A model generated the notes under the pieces. That model made no database searches and was not told the origin of the DNA. It worked only from the letters and a program-made list of their open reading frames with translations. A stretch of DNA of 64,000 nt. It comes from Octopus bimaculoides. Its lineage: Eukaryota. Positions 11,401-23,402 of this stretch are shown here, in pieces. Position numbers and translations under genes: made by a program. The stretch is from positions 25,216,240 through 25,280,239 of the forward strand of contig NC_068987.1 of NCBI RefSeq assembly GCF_001194135.2, read 5' to 3'. The number at the start of each line of letters is the position of its first letter. The first letter of the stretch is position 1.

Positions 11401-12819
11401 TTTAATTAATTAAAATTTCTTCGTTAGCTACATAAATATGCTAGCACACATTTTACAGTTTTAAAGATAATATCTGACATCGAACTGTGTATGTTAATCC
11501 ATTGGTTTTTAAACCTGCAAATACCAAGTTTCTCACTAAATACGAGCGAAAATTTTGCTCTCTCCCCGCTCTTTCGAGCAAATAAAATCAAGTTTGGTCC
11601 ATATAATCCTTTCTCACCAAATTTAAAACCACCTTAAATATGATAATTCATTAAACCATTGTAATTTGCCTCCTCTCTGTTCACTCTTTATAACTCCCAT
11701 TACCATGGGAAACATTGCATATGACGAATGTCTGAATAATTTAGCAAATATAGAGAAGGCTACATTTCACTGACGAAGTAAAAATAAGACGAGTGTGTCC
11801 GTTCTCATTCGCACTTGCAAAAGTCAAATTAGGATAATATTAGCCGTTGAACTAATGCCATAAATACCATTAAGTAACTATAGTTTGTTCCTTGATTACA
11901 TTAAGTATGATCATCCTAACTGTGTCTGATTGACTGCATGTACGTGTATAGTACAGGTGTTGGTTTCGAAGAAAAAGCGTTATGAACTTGTAACTTGCAT
12001 AGCATCTCTTCTCATCGTCTCCGGCCTATAACCTTACAGAACTTATTGTTCCTGAATAACATTACAAAACAATTTCAGGTTATTTCTCCAGACAAAGTAA
12101 CAAACAAAATTGTAAAAAAAGTAAATAAGTTTCCCGGCTGAATCCCCTACTCGTTGAATTAGCGGCTAATTCTCTGCCGAGAATTACAGACATAATTCTC
12201 AGCAGAATCGGCGTGATACAGATTGTTACAAGATAGTGCTTTTAAATAATTACATATACGACCCGCCTGACAGCTTCTACGCAATTGCCATTTAGACAAA
12301 GATATATGCGCTATGACAAATATGCCCCCAGGGAGCAGGTTTTACTCAAAAAGATTAGAATTTCTCTTGAAAATAAAAGTATTGTGTCTAAAAACATTAC
12401 AAGCCAATGCTTTTCTTTCTCACTATATAATCTTCATGGCATTAAGTGTTAAATTCCTTTTCATTATGATGATATCTTGGAGTTTTGAAACCCTAATTCT
12501 TTATACGCGCATCACTTTTGAAACGACGATCTTTTCGGAAAGAGACAATCTCATTAGATCCTTTTCGTTTCTATTTTCTCAATTTGTATATCCTATATCG
12601 ATATAATTGCTTCTAACATTAGCACAAGATCTGAAATCGGGGGGGAAACGGCTGGTCGATTATATCATCCACAGTACTCGATTGACATTTTATTCTATTG
12701 ACCCCCGTAATGCCAAATATTGCGAGTGCGCATTTGCTTGTTTCGCTTTATTTTGTTGAAAATAGTCTTGCTTACCATTCATGTTTAAGCAATTCTAGGA
12801 CAACATTATGTAGCACTAT

Positions 12820-13069
12820 AGTTCTATATTTAAGAAATGAGGAATTATTTACATTATTTACATTCGACGGATATTTGTCCTTATCTTGCTTGTTGCTAAC
12901 ACAACGTTTCGGCTGATATACCCTCCAGCCTTCTTCAGGTGCCTTGGGGAAATTTCGAACCTGGGTTCTCATTCCTAAGGTATTTTTCGACGTTATTATT
13001 ATTATTGTTCAGGTCACTGATTGGAATCGAACTCGGAATCTTGGGGCTCTTAACCAATACGCCATATGC
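12820..13069 (-). mobile_element. tRNA-headed element with hammerhead (left arm of fold-back)
   Basis: rc: gcatatggcgtattggttaagagc...gagttcgattcc...ggcacCTGAAGAaggctggagggtatatcagccGAAACGTTgtgtt...aatgtaaataattcctcatttcttaaatatagaac; ~13-nt deletion in the anticodon arm. Confidence 0.85.
12898..12943 (-). ncRNA. Minimal type I hammerhead ribozyme motif, intact core
   Basis: GGCAC-CUGAAGA-A-GGCUG(10 nt)CAGCC-GAAAC-GUU-GUGUU; stem I GGCAC/GUGUU, stem II 5 bp, palindromic AACGUU as stem III (dimer-type, as described for Penelope-like elements). Confidence 0.75.
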
Positions 13070-13073
13070 CCGT

Positions 13074-13297
13074 GCATATGGCGTATTGCTTAAGAGCGTG
13101 GGCTACTAACCCCCAAATTCCGAGTTCGATTCCAAGCAGTGACCTGAACAATAATAACATCGAAAAATACCCTAGGAATGAGAACCTAGGTTCGAAATTT
13201 CCCCAAGGCACCTGAAGAAGGCTGGAGGGTATATCAGCCGACGCGTTGTGTTAACAACAAACAAGATGAGGACAAATATCCGTCAAATGTAAATAAT
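13074..13297 (+). mobile_element. tRNA-headed element with mutated hammerhead (right arm of fold-back)
   Basis: A-box-like TGGCGTATTGC 13079-13089; B box GTTCGATTCC 13124-13133; hammerhead 13207-13252 with GAAAC changed to GACGC. Confidence 0.85.
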
Positions 13298-13999
13298 TAT
13301 GTAGTAATGTCAACAAAAAAATTAAGTGTCGAAATACGTTATGAATAGAATGTACACAAAAGCTCTCCAGGTTGAAACTTGTATTTTTGTTTTTGTTTTG
13401 TTAACTGTTATATCTTAATTCAGGTGCCCTTGCCATACCTAATCTTAATACAAGTACCTCTAAGTAATAGTGGTGGTGAGAGTAGTAGTAGCAGTAGTAG
13501 AAGTCGCGCTCCTCCAGACATTAATCTATTTTAATAAACTTATTAAGCAATAAAACTTTTTCCAATCAATCATTTTGGTTTATTTTTTTTTACAATTATT
13601 TTAAACCTATATTTTCAAATTATCATCAATCCTCATTAACCACTACAATCACCATCATCATATTCGTTGTCAATAACGATGATAGCTGATGCCGAGCGAA
13701 AGAGAGAGCTGATGCTAACACAGTCATAATTTTGTAATATTCCACTCTAAGACACAATACTTTCTCATGGATGTTTAAATTACAAATTAATTGATATGTT
13801 GATCTTCTGAAGAGAAAAAGAATTATTTGCGCATTTTCGCTGTCCCGGTTTCATAATGAAGTAGCAGGAGACGAAGAATTGACAGAATCGATAAGTACGT
13901 CGCATAAAACACCTCTACACAAACAAATACCAGCCTTCACTCCATCTTCTTTCCACTAAATGTCAGTGAAATTTTTTGGTACTCTCCTATATTTATTAA

Positions 14000-14387
14000 G
14001 TGGAGGCGCAATGGCTCAGTGGTTAGGGCAGCGGACTCGCGGTCATAGGATCGCGGTTTCGATTCCCAGACCCGGCGTTGTGAGTGTTTATTGAGCGAAA
14101 ACACCTAAGGCTCTACGAGGCTCCGGCAGGGGATGGTAGCGAACCCTGCTGTACTCTTTCACTACAACTTTCTCTCACTCTTACTTCCTGTTTTTGTTGT
14201 ACCTGTAATTCAAAGGGCCAGCCTTGTCACACTGTGTCACGCTGAATATCCCCGAGAACTACGTTAAGGGTACATGTGTCTGTGGAGTTCTCAGCCACTT
14301 GCACGTTAATTTCACGAGCAGGCTGTTCCGTTGATCGGATCAACTGGAACCCTCGACGTCGTAAGCGACGGAGTGCCAACAACAACA
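14000..14387 (+). mobile_element. tRNA-derived SINE, head H1 + tail T1, full length, 11-bp TSD
   Basis: gtggaggcgcaatggctcagtggttagggcagcggactcgcggtc (Arg-like TCG loop)...gagtgccaacaacaaca; TSD atatttattaa at 13989-13999 and 14388-14398. Probably corresponds to a published octopus tRNA-derived SINE (OK/OR1/OR2, Ohshima & Okada); name assignment not verified. Confidence 0.95.
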
Positions 14388-15049
14388 ATATTTATTAACG
14401 AGATAACTAAATAGGATTTACTCGTACATCCTTATAACTCATCTTTTTTCACTGTGGCTTTGGATAAATTTGTAAAATAGAAACAAACTGTAGTATTTCT
14501 CAAGATTGTGGTACGCGAGATTTTTGTAAATACTGCAATTTTGAAGTAATCACAACCATCAAAACGCAACTCGTGTGTTTACAAGATGAGTGGAGGGCTT
14601 TTGTTGTTTCCCCATACAACTTGTCGTTGTGATTAACGGTTTTCGGCAAGTTGTATACCTAAAAACAAATTCCGTGCAAAAGTGTCAATTGAGAATAATA
14701 CGTATGTGAGCCACCCTGAAACTTTACTTAGAATTAAGTTACTTACTAAAATGATCCAAGTTTATCTATCATATTACAAATGTAACATTAAATTAAATGA
14801 AACTGATTTCTTAGATTGGCAAAAGGCCAGAAATTTTGGAGAAGGGCACAATCAATTATATCCAGTTCAATATTATAAGTAACGTAAATATAATAAGCAA
14901 CTTAATTCTGAGTATAGTTTCAGAGTGGTTCACCGGTATATTACTATTCAATTGACAGTTTAGCACGAAATTTTTTTTTAGCTACAAACATTGCTGAAAA
15001 CTGCTGGAATCGATTATAATGACTGCCGTATTTGACTGGTACTTTATAT

Positions 15050-15190
15050 TCTTTTCTTCTCTAGGCACAAAGCCCGAAATTTTCGGAGAGGGGTCCAGTC
15101 GATTAGATTGACCTCAGTACTGGTACATAATTTATCGACCCCGAAAGGTTGAAAGGCAAAGTCGACGACGACAGGATTTGAGCTTTGAAA
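15050..15190 (-). mobile_element. SINE family A, 3' part
   Basis: ctaggcacaaagcccgaaatttt...atcgaccccgaaaggttgaaaggcaaagtcgac. Confidence 0.85.
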
Positions 15191-15435
15191 TTAAATAAAT
15201 AACTAATAATAGTTTGTTCTGTGTTATCCAATCATTTTACACGATGTTTTTCACACAGGTTACACCAAAACCACTGGGGAAAAAAAAAAAAAAAAAAATC
15301 CAAAATCGCATTGCGATATTTAATTTCATCATTCTATATTTTAAGTTCAAATCCTACATACGTTGAGTTCAACTTTCCATTCCTTGGATTTGCATGTTTT
15401 AACCCGAAAATCTGAGAAAATAGTTTTTAGGTTAA

Positions 15436-15674
15436 ATGTGGTTTTCAACCATATTTTACTCTACTGGTCCCCCGCCCCATAGCTATTCGATGTTAAAAAA
15501 AAATCATGTATTTTTATAATTAAATATTATTAGGAATTGTATAAAAAATTGAAATATTTAAGTATTATAGAAGTTTAACCGATTTATTGCACATAAATTT
15601 TAACATTCTTATATGGACCTTTAAGGGCCATATGGACCCTTAAGTGTCATATGGATCCCGGTTGATAACCATTG
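15436..15674. mobile_element. hAT-Charlie-like MITE
   Basis: Ends atgtggttttcaacc / ggttgataaccattg resemble the CAGTGGTTCTCAACC-type TIR; subterminal catatggacc repeats. Confidence 0.7.
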
Positions 15675-15804
15675 GATTAAATAATTCTTTAACATTATTG
15701 ACATGGTTTTTGTTAGATATATTTCCTTTAATGTTGAATTAAAGGTTGCTTATGATAAATTAATATAAGGTGGGACTGTAAATATTATGTAATGCATAGT
15801 TGTA

Positions 15805-16095
15805 TCTTAGTCTTAGGTCCTCCTGCGCCGTGTGACGCACTGAGCGACAAGGCTTCTCCAACGAGGTCGGTTGGCCGCGGCGATTTCGGCTTCATTCCAT
15901 GATGGGTGTTGGATATCCTGACGGCTGTGATCTAACACCGTCATAGTAAGGTGGTTGCCTCCTTCGCGGTCAGTTTGAACATGTTGGTTTGTTCTTGCCG
16001 TTTCTGTAGCGCTGAGGTTTTTTTACGGGGTCAGGTCGCTGGTCTGACGCCCAACCCCCCTCCCTTTGCAGCTGGGCTTGGGACCGGCCCTGGCG
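15805..16095 (-). mobile_element. Short RTE-LINE derivative (5'-UTR-like segment joined to ORF C-terminus)
   Basis: rc 5' part ggtcccaagcccagctgcaaagggaggggggttgggcgtcag...accccgtaaaaaa resembles RTE 5' UTRs; 3' part translates SWNEAEIAAANRPRWRSLVAQCVTRRRRT*, like RTE ORF ends; taagactaag tail. Confidence 0.75.
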
Positions 16096-16794
16096 GAGTT
16101 ACATAATTGTGTACATGGTTATATTTTGTGGAGTAATAATTAGCTGGTGAACTGGTGAAATGATAGGGAACACACGGAAAAAAAATAAAGAAATACTGCT
16201 CCAGATTCATAAAGGGTGAATTGGCAGAGACTTTAGAGCGGTGGGTAGAAAACCTCGCGATATTTGTTGAGGGTTTTTTTTTATAGATTATTTGCGCTCT
16301 GTTCAAATTATGCCGAAGCTAACATTCCCTTTCACTCTTCCGGTGTCGATAAGAAAAGTACCAATCTCGGGCTGTTGTTTGGGCGAACTTGATACGCCTT
16401 GTATTTCTTCTTGCTTTTTGCTTGCGTAATAAATCTATCACTCTGTTTTAAACAACCGCTTCGGGAACCTTGTGAGTTTTTCGCGAAATTTACTCTGTTG
16501 GAAGTGTTCAGGCCTGGTTAAGTTAATCAGCAGATCCTCTCTCCAAGAATGTCTCAGTTTGTGTCCATGTAATAAATCACTGAATTAGCACAACATGGAA
16601 TTAGTGTCTTATTTCTCTGCTCGGGAATGTACACTTTTCAAGGTTACTACCATCTAAATGTTTAGTAGCTTACGCAGAAGGCACCAATAATTACATATAC
16701 GCAATCGAATCTATAATTAAGATCTAACAGTAACTGTACTTTCTGGCGTAGCAACTGTCTATAAAATTTATTTTCATCAAAAATACTGTAGGCT

Positions 16795-16852
16795 TTTTCT
16801 TCTTTCTTCTTCTTCTTCTTCTTCTTTTTCTTCTTTTTCTTCTTCTTCTTCC
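16795..16852. repeat. (TTC)n microsatellite
   Basis: Direct reading. Confidence 0.9.
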
Positions 16853-17218
16853 ATCATCGTCAAGAATTGGCAAAAAATGGTAGAGTAACACACAAAATGC
16901 TTTATAGAATTTCGTTATGTCATTTTAGGTTCTGAGTTCAAATCCTATCGAAGCCAACTTCACCTTCAGGTTGTTGATAAAATATCAGTCAGGAACAGAA
17001 ATATTTTAAAAAATCAACAATACTCATGTCTACTCTCAACCCACCCAAAATATGTACCTTGGTTCTTTTATTACAAATCAATATTTCTTTTAATCAATTT
17101 TGGGGTTCTCCTCTGTTTTCGAACCACTATGATTTATCTTTCAAAGAATGATCTAATATAGCGGACATTACACAAAGACAGACTGTTCTCCTAACTCTAT
17201 CTCAGTCTCGCAAACTGC

Positions 17219-17238
17219 TTGTCTTTCTCTCATTGTCA

Positions 17239-17274
<36 letters not shown>

Positions 17275-17284
17275 ATCTCTCTCG

Positions 17285-17340
<56 letters not shown>

Positions 17341-17360
17341 TCCTCTCTCTCTCTCGCCCT
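17219..17360. repeat. (CTGT)n/(CT)n microsatellite
   Basis: Direct reading. Confidence 0.92.
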
Positions 17361-17550
17361 TTGTCTCCATCGTTTCATGCTGTGTATTTGGTTCTTGCAT
17401 TTTTTAAAAAAAGAATCGTCATAGTGAGGGTCAACATGTCATATGATGACAATGGATTGGAGGAACCATTAGAGCTGCGGACATAATGATGAGGATAGGC
17501 AGAATCTGTTTAGTGATGTATAATATGCCATGCGATATTACCATATTTAC

Positions 17551-17740
17551 TAAGGCGGCGAGCTAGCAGAAGCGTTAGCACGCCAGGAAAATTAACGTAG
17601 CGTCATTTCGTCCGTCTTCACGTTTTGGGTTCAAATTCTTCCGAGGTCGATAAAATAAGTAGCAGCTAAGTGCTGGGATCGATGTAATCGGCTTAACTCT
17701 CCCCCAAACCTGCTGGTCTTGTGCCAAAATTTGAAACCGA
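17551..17740 (+). mobile_element. SINE family A with internal deletion
   Basis: taaggcggcgagctagcagaagcgttagcacgcc...gggttcaaattc...ccaaaatttgaaacc. Confidence 0.88.
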
Positions 17741-17745
17741 TATTA

Positions 17746-17914
17746 TCGTATTTACTCATGTATAAGCCGCATTATTTTATGTTAGATTTTAACTGAAAAC
17801 CTGGGATGCGACTTATACACAGAGCCAAGCTAAAACTGAAAATCAAAAAAAAAAAAAATTGTGCCAAGATCTAATATTAAATTAGGGATGCGATTTACAC
17901 ACGAGTAAATCCTG
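17746..17914. mobile_element. Tc1/mariner (pogo/Tigger-like) MITE
   Basis: TA-flanked; imperfect TIRs tcgtatttactcatgtataagccg / cgatttacacacgagtaaatcctg. Confidence 0.7.
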
Positions 17915-18929
17915 TAAGTTACGTCACTCTACCTTCTGGCGTCATATGCCGTCGAGGTTGACTTTAACTTTCATCCTTACAAGGTCGATAAAATAATGTA
18001 CTACAGAAGTACTAGAGTCAATTAACACGACTTTAACACTTGCCATAAATTATACAATTTATAGTTTGAAAGTATGTATGTAATAAACAAAACGCAATAG
18101 AAATGACAGACATTTCAATAAGTTGGGATATAAATACTGTGTGATATATCGTTCATTTTATCGCCTGGCATTTATTTCCCATTTCTTGTTCTATTCACTT
18201 CAATAATTTCTTATATACGAGGTCATAACATTTTAGATGAAGGATAAGAGGATGTGTGTTAGTCATGCCTTCCACAAGAGTATTTGAGCTATAAAGAAAA
18301 TGAATTGATTTCAACGAAATGCATTCATATTGATTTCTTTCAACTAAAAATATGGCTAATTCTTTTTTTTAGAATGGTGAACATTTAATTGCATATTGTC
18401 CCATGCTCCTGTATTTGCCAGGAAATAATTTATGAAGCTCGGATGAAGTCGATCCCAACGATATTTTAACTTAGGAAATCTGGTATTTAATCATCCGCCT
18501 TTCACTTCCTCGCTGAATCACCAGTCTTTACTATTTTAATATTGAAATTCCATTTTTAATTTTATAACATGATGTTATTGAATCTTTTCCGATGAGAAAT
18601 TTCAAGTGTAATATTGATTTTTAACATTGGTGAAGGACCTAAAATTTGCATTAATCATGGAGTCGAACCGACCCCGACTTATTGGTGCTTTATTTGTACT
18701 TTAACTAGCATTATATTTTATCGATCTCGCTCCCAAAAGGAATAAAGGTTAAGTTAACCTCTCAGGAATTTGAACTCAGCACGTAAATATGTTTCGCTCG
18801 TCCTGTATAGATTCTGCCAATCCGAAGTAATATGGCCGTTGCACTGCAGCCAACGAGAAATTATTTCTTCATGTTAAAAAGAAAATACTCAAATAAATTG
18901 GTTAATATCTTTTCTACTTTCGAGCATTT

Positions 18930-19286
18930 GTGTGGGAGGGGGATAGTTGATTTTATCGACCCCCATGCTCAAACGGTGCTTTACTTTATTGACCTAGAAA
19001 GGATGAAATGAAAAGTTGATTTGGAATGTAAAATCGGAAGAAATGCTCACTGTCCAGCTTGTTATCAGCTCACCGCTTTCGATTTCAAATTTTGGCACAA
19101 GGCCAGTAATTTCCGTGAGGGATAAGTTGATTACATCGACCCCAGTGTTCAACTGGTACTTATAGTGAGAGGATGAAAGGCAAAGTTGACCTCAGCAGAA
19201 TTTGAACTCAGAACGTAAAGCCGGACTAAATGTTGTTAAGCATTTTTGTCCGGTGTGCTAACGATTCTACCAGTTCACCGCCTTTA
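18930..19286 (-). mobile_element. Two tandem SINE family A copies (18930-19040 partial; 19081-19286 near full)
   Basis: Both contain atcgacc...aaaggatgaaa; the second runs ttcaaattttggcacaaggcc...ccagttcaccgcc. Confidence 0.82.
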
Positions 19287-19973
19287 AATTGGTTAATATC
19301 ACAATGGAAATAAATCTCGTGACTCGTGAGGTCAGAATGTGATACCAAGTCTCTACTAAACCATTGTATTTGTTGTGGGTAAGTAACGTAGAGTCAAATC
19401 GTAGGAAGGTGGGATGCAATATGATCTTTTAGTAGCTGAAAATAATCATTATTCAGAAATTTAAAATTAGAAATTGAATTTAAAAAAAATATTACATAAA
19501 ATTTTCTGTTTGATTCGTCAGTAAAAATTGTCAATTTGTGTGTTTTACAAGGAAAACTTTCAAAATACATCAATTAAGTTTGCTTTATCAGGATGCAGGC
19601 CTATTTGTTCATGCGTGCCTAAGAAGTTCGTTTGATAAGCACGCTCCGAATTTGGTCACTTTTAGTGGTGTCTTGAGCAAACATTTAAAATCACGTACTA
19701 GGTTTAACCAATAATTTCTGAGGTGGAATTTTGATTAAAAAAAAAATATATATGGATACTATTGCGTATTATATTATATAAAAAGCTGACAGTCTTCTCT
19801 GAACTTCACCTTTGGCCTGTTCCCAAATAGCCAGAGGCGAAACTCAAAGTAGACTGTCAACGTTTCACATAATAATTATAGATAGCCACTCTACCCAACA
19901 TACTGAGTTCTATATCAGATAATGTTTACCTCATTAAAAATGTATTTTTTAATATTTTACAATTCATACATTA

Positions 19974-20012
<39 letters not shown>

Positions 20013-20672
20013 NNNNNNNNNNNNNNNNNNNNNNNNNNNNNNNNNNNNNNNNNNNNNNNNNNNNNNNNNNNNNNNNNNNNNNNNNNNNNNNNNNNNNNNN
20101 NNNNNNNNNNNNNNNNNNNNNNNNNNNNNNNNNNNNNNNNNNNNNNNNNNNNNNNNNNNNNNNNNNNNNNNNNNNNNNNNNNNNNNNNNNNNNNNNNNNN
20201 NNNNNNNNNNNNNNNNNNNNNNNNNNNNNNNNNNNNNNNNNNNNNNNNNNNNNNNNNNNNNNNNNNNNNNNNNNNNNNNNNNNNNNNNNNNNNNNNNNNN
20301 NNNNNNNNNNNNNNNNNNNNNNNNNNNNNNNNNNNNNNNNNNNNNNNNNNNNNNNNNNNNNNNNNNNNNNNNNNNNNNNNNNNNNNNNNNNNNNNNNNNN
20401 NNNNNNNNNNNNNNNNNNNNNNNNNNNNNNNNNNNNNNNNNNNNNNNNNNNNNNNNNNNNNNNNNNNNNNNNNNNNNNNNNNNNNNNNNNNNNNNNNNNN
20501 NNNNNNNNNNNNNNNNNNNNNNNNNNNNNNNNNNNNNNNNNNNNNNNNNNNNNNNNNNNNNNNNNNNNNNNNNNNNNNNNNNNNNNNNNNNNNNNNNNNN
20601 NNNNNNNNNNNNNNNNNNNNNNNNNNNNNNNNNNNNNNNNNNNNNNNNNNNNNNNNNNNNNNNNNNNNNNNN
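20013..20672. other. Assembly gap flanked by (TA)n
   Basis: N run. Confidence 1.
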
Positions 20673-20716
<44 letters not shown>

Positions 20717-21229
20717 TAAAGGATAAGATATTCGATAATGTCTATTTGAAAAGTTTGTTTGTTTTAGTTTACTATTTGTTATATAAATAGTTTGATGTTC
20801 TGGACCAGGACTATCACTGTCTGCCTATTTGCCTTCTGTTTTATATATAAATATCCATTTATTTGCTTTATCGTTTATATAGCTATTTATTTCCCTTATG
20901 GTTTATATAGCCATTTATTAGCCGAAGAGAAAGCTATTTTCGCATTGAGCAAATGACGGAGACTTATATAATGTTTCCTACAAATAAAAGACAAGTTTCC
21001 CTCAAAGTACACGCTATCATCGTTAACAACGGACGAATGCCATATATAATAGTCTTAGATGGAAGACATTAAACAAAAAGAAAACAAACTGAACAATCAT
21101 ATTTCCAGCGCATCTGATATTATTCTGCTCAAGCAAAACCGACGTTGGACTAAGCAATAGTTACTTGTCGCTATTTCCATCTAATTCGAATAATAGTACA
21201 GAGTGTAAACATTCAAACATCGTTACTAT

Positions 21230-21360
21230 CTTTCCAAATCTTGTTGCATTTCACCAAATTTTTGGTCCTGTAAAGTTGCTTTGGTGTATAAGTAGACCTA
21301 CTTTTTCTGGCTGTAAATTTTGGTCTGGAAAGTTCGACTTGTATGCCGGAAAATACGGTA
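21230..21360. mobile_element. pogo/Tigger-like MITE, right half
   Basis: Ends cgacttgtatgccggaaaatacgg-TA, the same TIR type as 17746-17914. Confidence 0.6.
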
Positions 21361-21524
21361 TTGTGTCGTTTCGCCCGTCAGCCTAGATAGAGCAGCCGGA
21401 AATAGTTCGCCAAATGAATGATACATAATTCCAGATTTGCCCTATCTTCGTCTAGTTGAGGATGACACTGCGCATTCGAACATGTGCTTGTTCTTGCTAT
21501 TTACCACCAGTTTAACTCGATTTA

Positions 21525-21675
21525 GTAGAACTATAATCAGAAGTATTCCGGTCGTAGTCATTCCATCTTTTTTCTATGTGTAAGGTACCCAGGCCCGCGT
21601 TATCCTACGTGTCTTTTTAAGACGGCAGGATTTCGTTTAAGAGAGCTTTGGCTGTTATTTCTAGCAGGTCGATCG
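21525..21675 (-). mobile_element. Family D interspersed repeat
   Basis: ...gtctttttaagacggcaggatttcgtttaagagagctttggctgttatttctagcaggtcga. Confidence 0.7.
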
Positions 21676-22415
21676 TGATAGTCAGCGATATGCTTTAATT
21701 AATTTCCTGTTGTAAAGTGTTTCAGCCTGTGTTTATTGTACACACTTCACTGATCACTCTATTTCTCTATGTCCTTTGTTGTTATTTAGCACTATGATCA
21801 TCGCTAATCGCCCCGATCTATGACCAAAAACTTTCCAACTGGGACCATTCCATTTTTTTTTTATGAGTAGATATTCCAGTAGGCTTTTAGTTATTTTTAA
21901 GATTGGGTTGCAGATGGAGGGGGACTTGAATGTTATCTTTAGCAGGTCGAGCGACTGCTTAGAAACTTCCACGCTTCTGTGAATCCTGGTGGTTGCTACG
22001 CCGCAGGTAAGGAAAGTAAACTCGGTCAGAAAGTGACAGCTGCTGCTCCTCATAATATATAATTGAAACTATGATTCTCAAAAGTGCCTGGGGACCAACT
22101 ACTACTATTTTCATATAGAACATTGTTTCTCAATCTGTTTGAATTCGTGGCACACTGGAGATCAAGTATAAAATTACCGGTACACTTTGCATGGAATATT
22201 AGAAACTGTTAAAAATTTAGGAAAATGATTCTGAAAACTATTGCTGATTTCCTTTCATTAACCCCATCTGTGCATAAATATATTATGAATGATATATTTT
22301 TCAAGACGCTCAAACATTAATATGGATTTTCTAAAGCCTTAGATTATATTTATAAAAGTTAGTAGCACATCTGGGTGTCTTAGGGCATTATTCCGACCTC
22401 AGTACTTGATGGTAT

Positions 22416-22811
22416 TGTAGGGAAGTGGTCATACTCCATTAGGTGTACACCGCTTCCGTACATTAAATTTCTAGAAGAAACAACGGAACGCAGATTCTGA
22501 ACAACATAACAATATTTATTTACAGTGGAATTCAGTTCACGCTTGGAGGGAATTCGGTAGCTCGTCGCCCTCGGTTACTGAGACGCCTTCTGAATGATTT
22601 CCGTGGTTATTTGTGAAGCTCTGGTGCTGACATGTGAGAGAGCTCTGTTGGACGTCTTGGCTCGACGGAGATCAGTCAACGAAGAGACTGAGAAAAGGCG
22701 CCAAAGCTGAGACTCTTCCTGCATTCCTTCCGGAACTAGTCCCTGCGCATGCGTGGATAAAACTCCGGGCATTGAACATATAACAGTCGTCTGCTATAAG
22801 CTGTCACTACA
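22416..22811 (-). mobile_element. Solo LTR, 396 bp, 4-bp TSD (Gypsy-like)
   Basis: TG...CA termini (tgtaggga / tcactaca, imperfect inverted repeat); TSD gtat at 22412-22415 and 22812-22815; AATAAA on the minus strand near 22516-22521. Confidence 0.85.
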
Positions 22812-23402
22812 GTATTAAAAAAAAAAACCTACTGCTATTATTTCAGTAGATAACGGCAAGGATTTGAACTCTGAAATGTGTATTTCCAAATAAATCAAGT
22901 AGCTATTTCAAAGCCAAATCATTTGAATATGATAATTACATTGCAACTTGCTATTTAATGGAATGTAGTCAACTTCCGGTACTGAAATAACAAGTTACCT
23001 TACTGCTTCCGGTTGTGCTTGCTTGCAACATGCATTTATTAGTTGCATGCTGGAACGTTGATAGTTCTAGCAGCAAAACAGAAATAGCACGTGTGTGTGT
23101 GTGTGTATGTTTATATATATTTATGCCCGTGTATTTGTTATACAAATGTTTCCTTTTGTTCAGTAATGTTACTACTCAACAAGTGTAATTTTGAAGCTCC
23201 TAGCTTTACCATCTGTTACACAGTATGGTTTCACAAACGAGAAAGAGGAGGAAAGGGAAAAAGAACAAGGGAAGGAATGAGAGATACAAAACAAACACAG
23301 AGAAACTGTTTGTTCATATTAGTTTTAGTATATCATGTGTCGTTCGCAAAATAATCGCAGTTTTTCTTACCAAACCATTTCTGTCCAATATATCATTTAC
23401 TG

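Noticed and set aside
12776-12794. 19-nt microexon reading ELLKHEW (kinase-like)
   Set aside because: Too short, adjacent to a repeat tail, and no other kinase exons were found.
14000-14075. tRNA gene calls for SINE heads (also 43000-43068, 43141-43210, 13074-13145)
   Set aside because: They have A/B boxes but no complete cloverleaf, and continue into repeat bodies with tails and TSDs.
14614-14657. Hairpin atacaacttgtcg...cggcaagttgtat as a pre-miRNA
   Set aside because: Only a 13-bp stem with no basal extension; no conserved miRNA that I know was recognised anywhere in the window.
21645-21670. Resemblance of family D (rc gctagaaataacagcc) to the Cas9 sgRNA scaffold
   Set aside because: A short coincidental match within a eukaryotic repeat; no repeat-spacer array or cas gene anywhere in the window.
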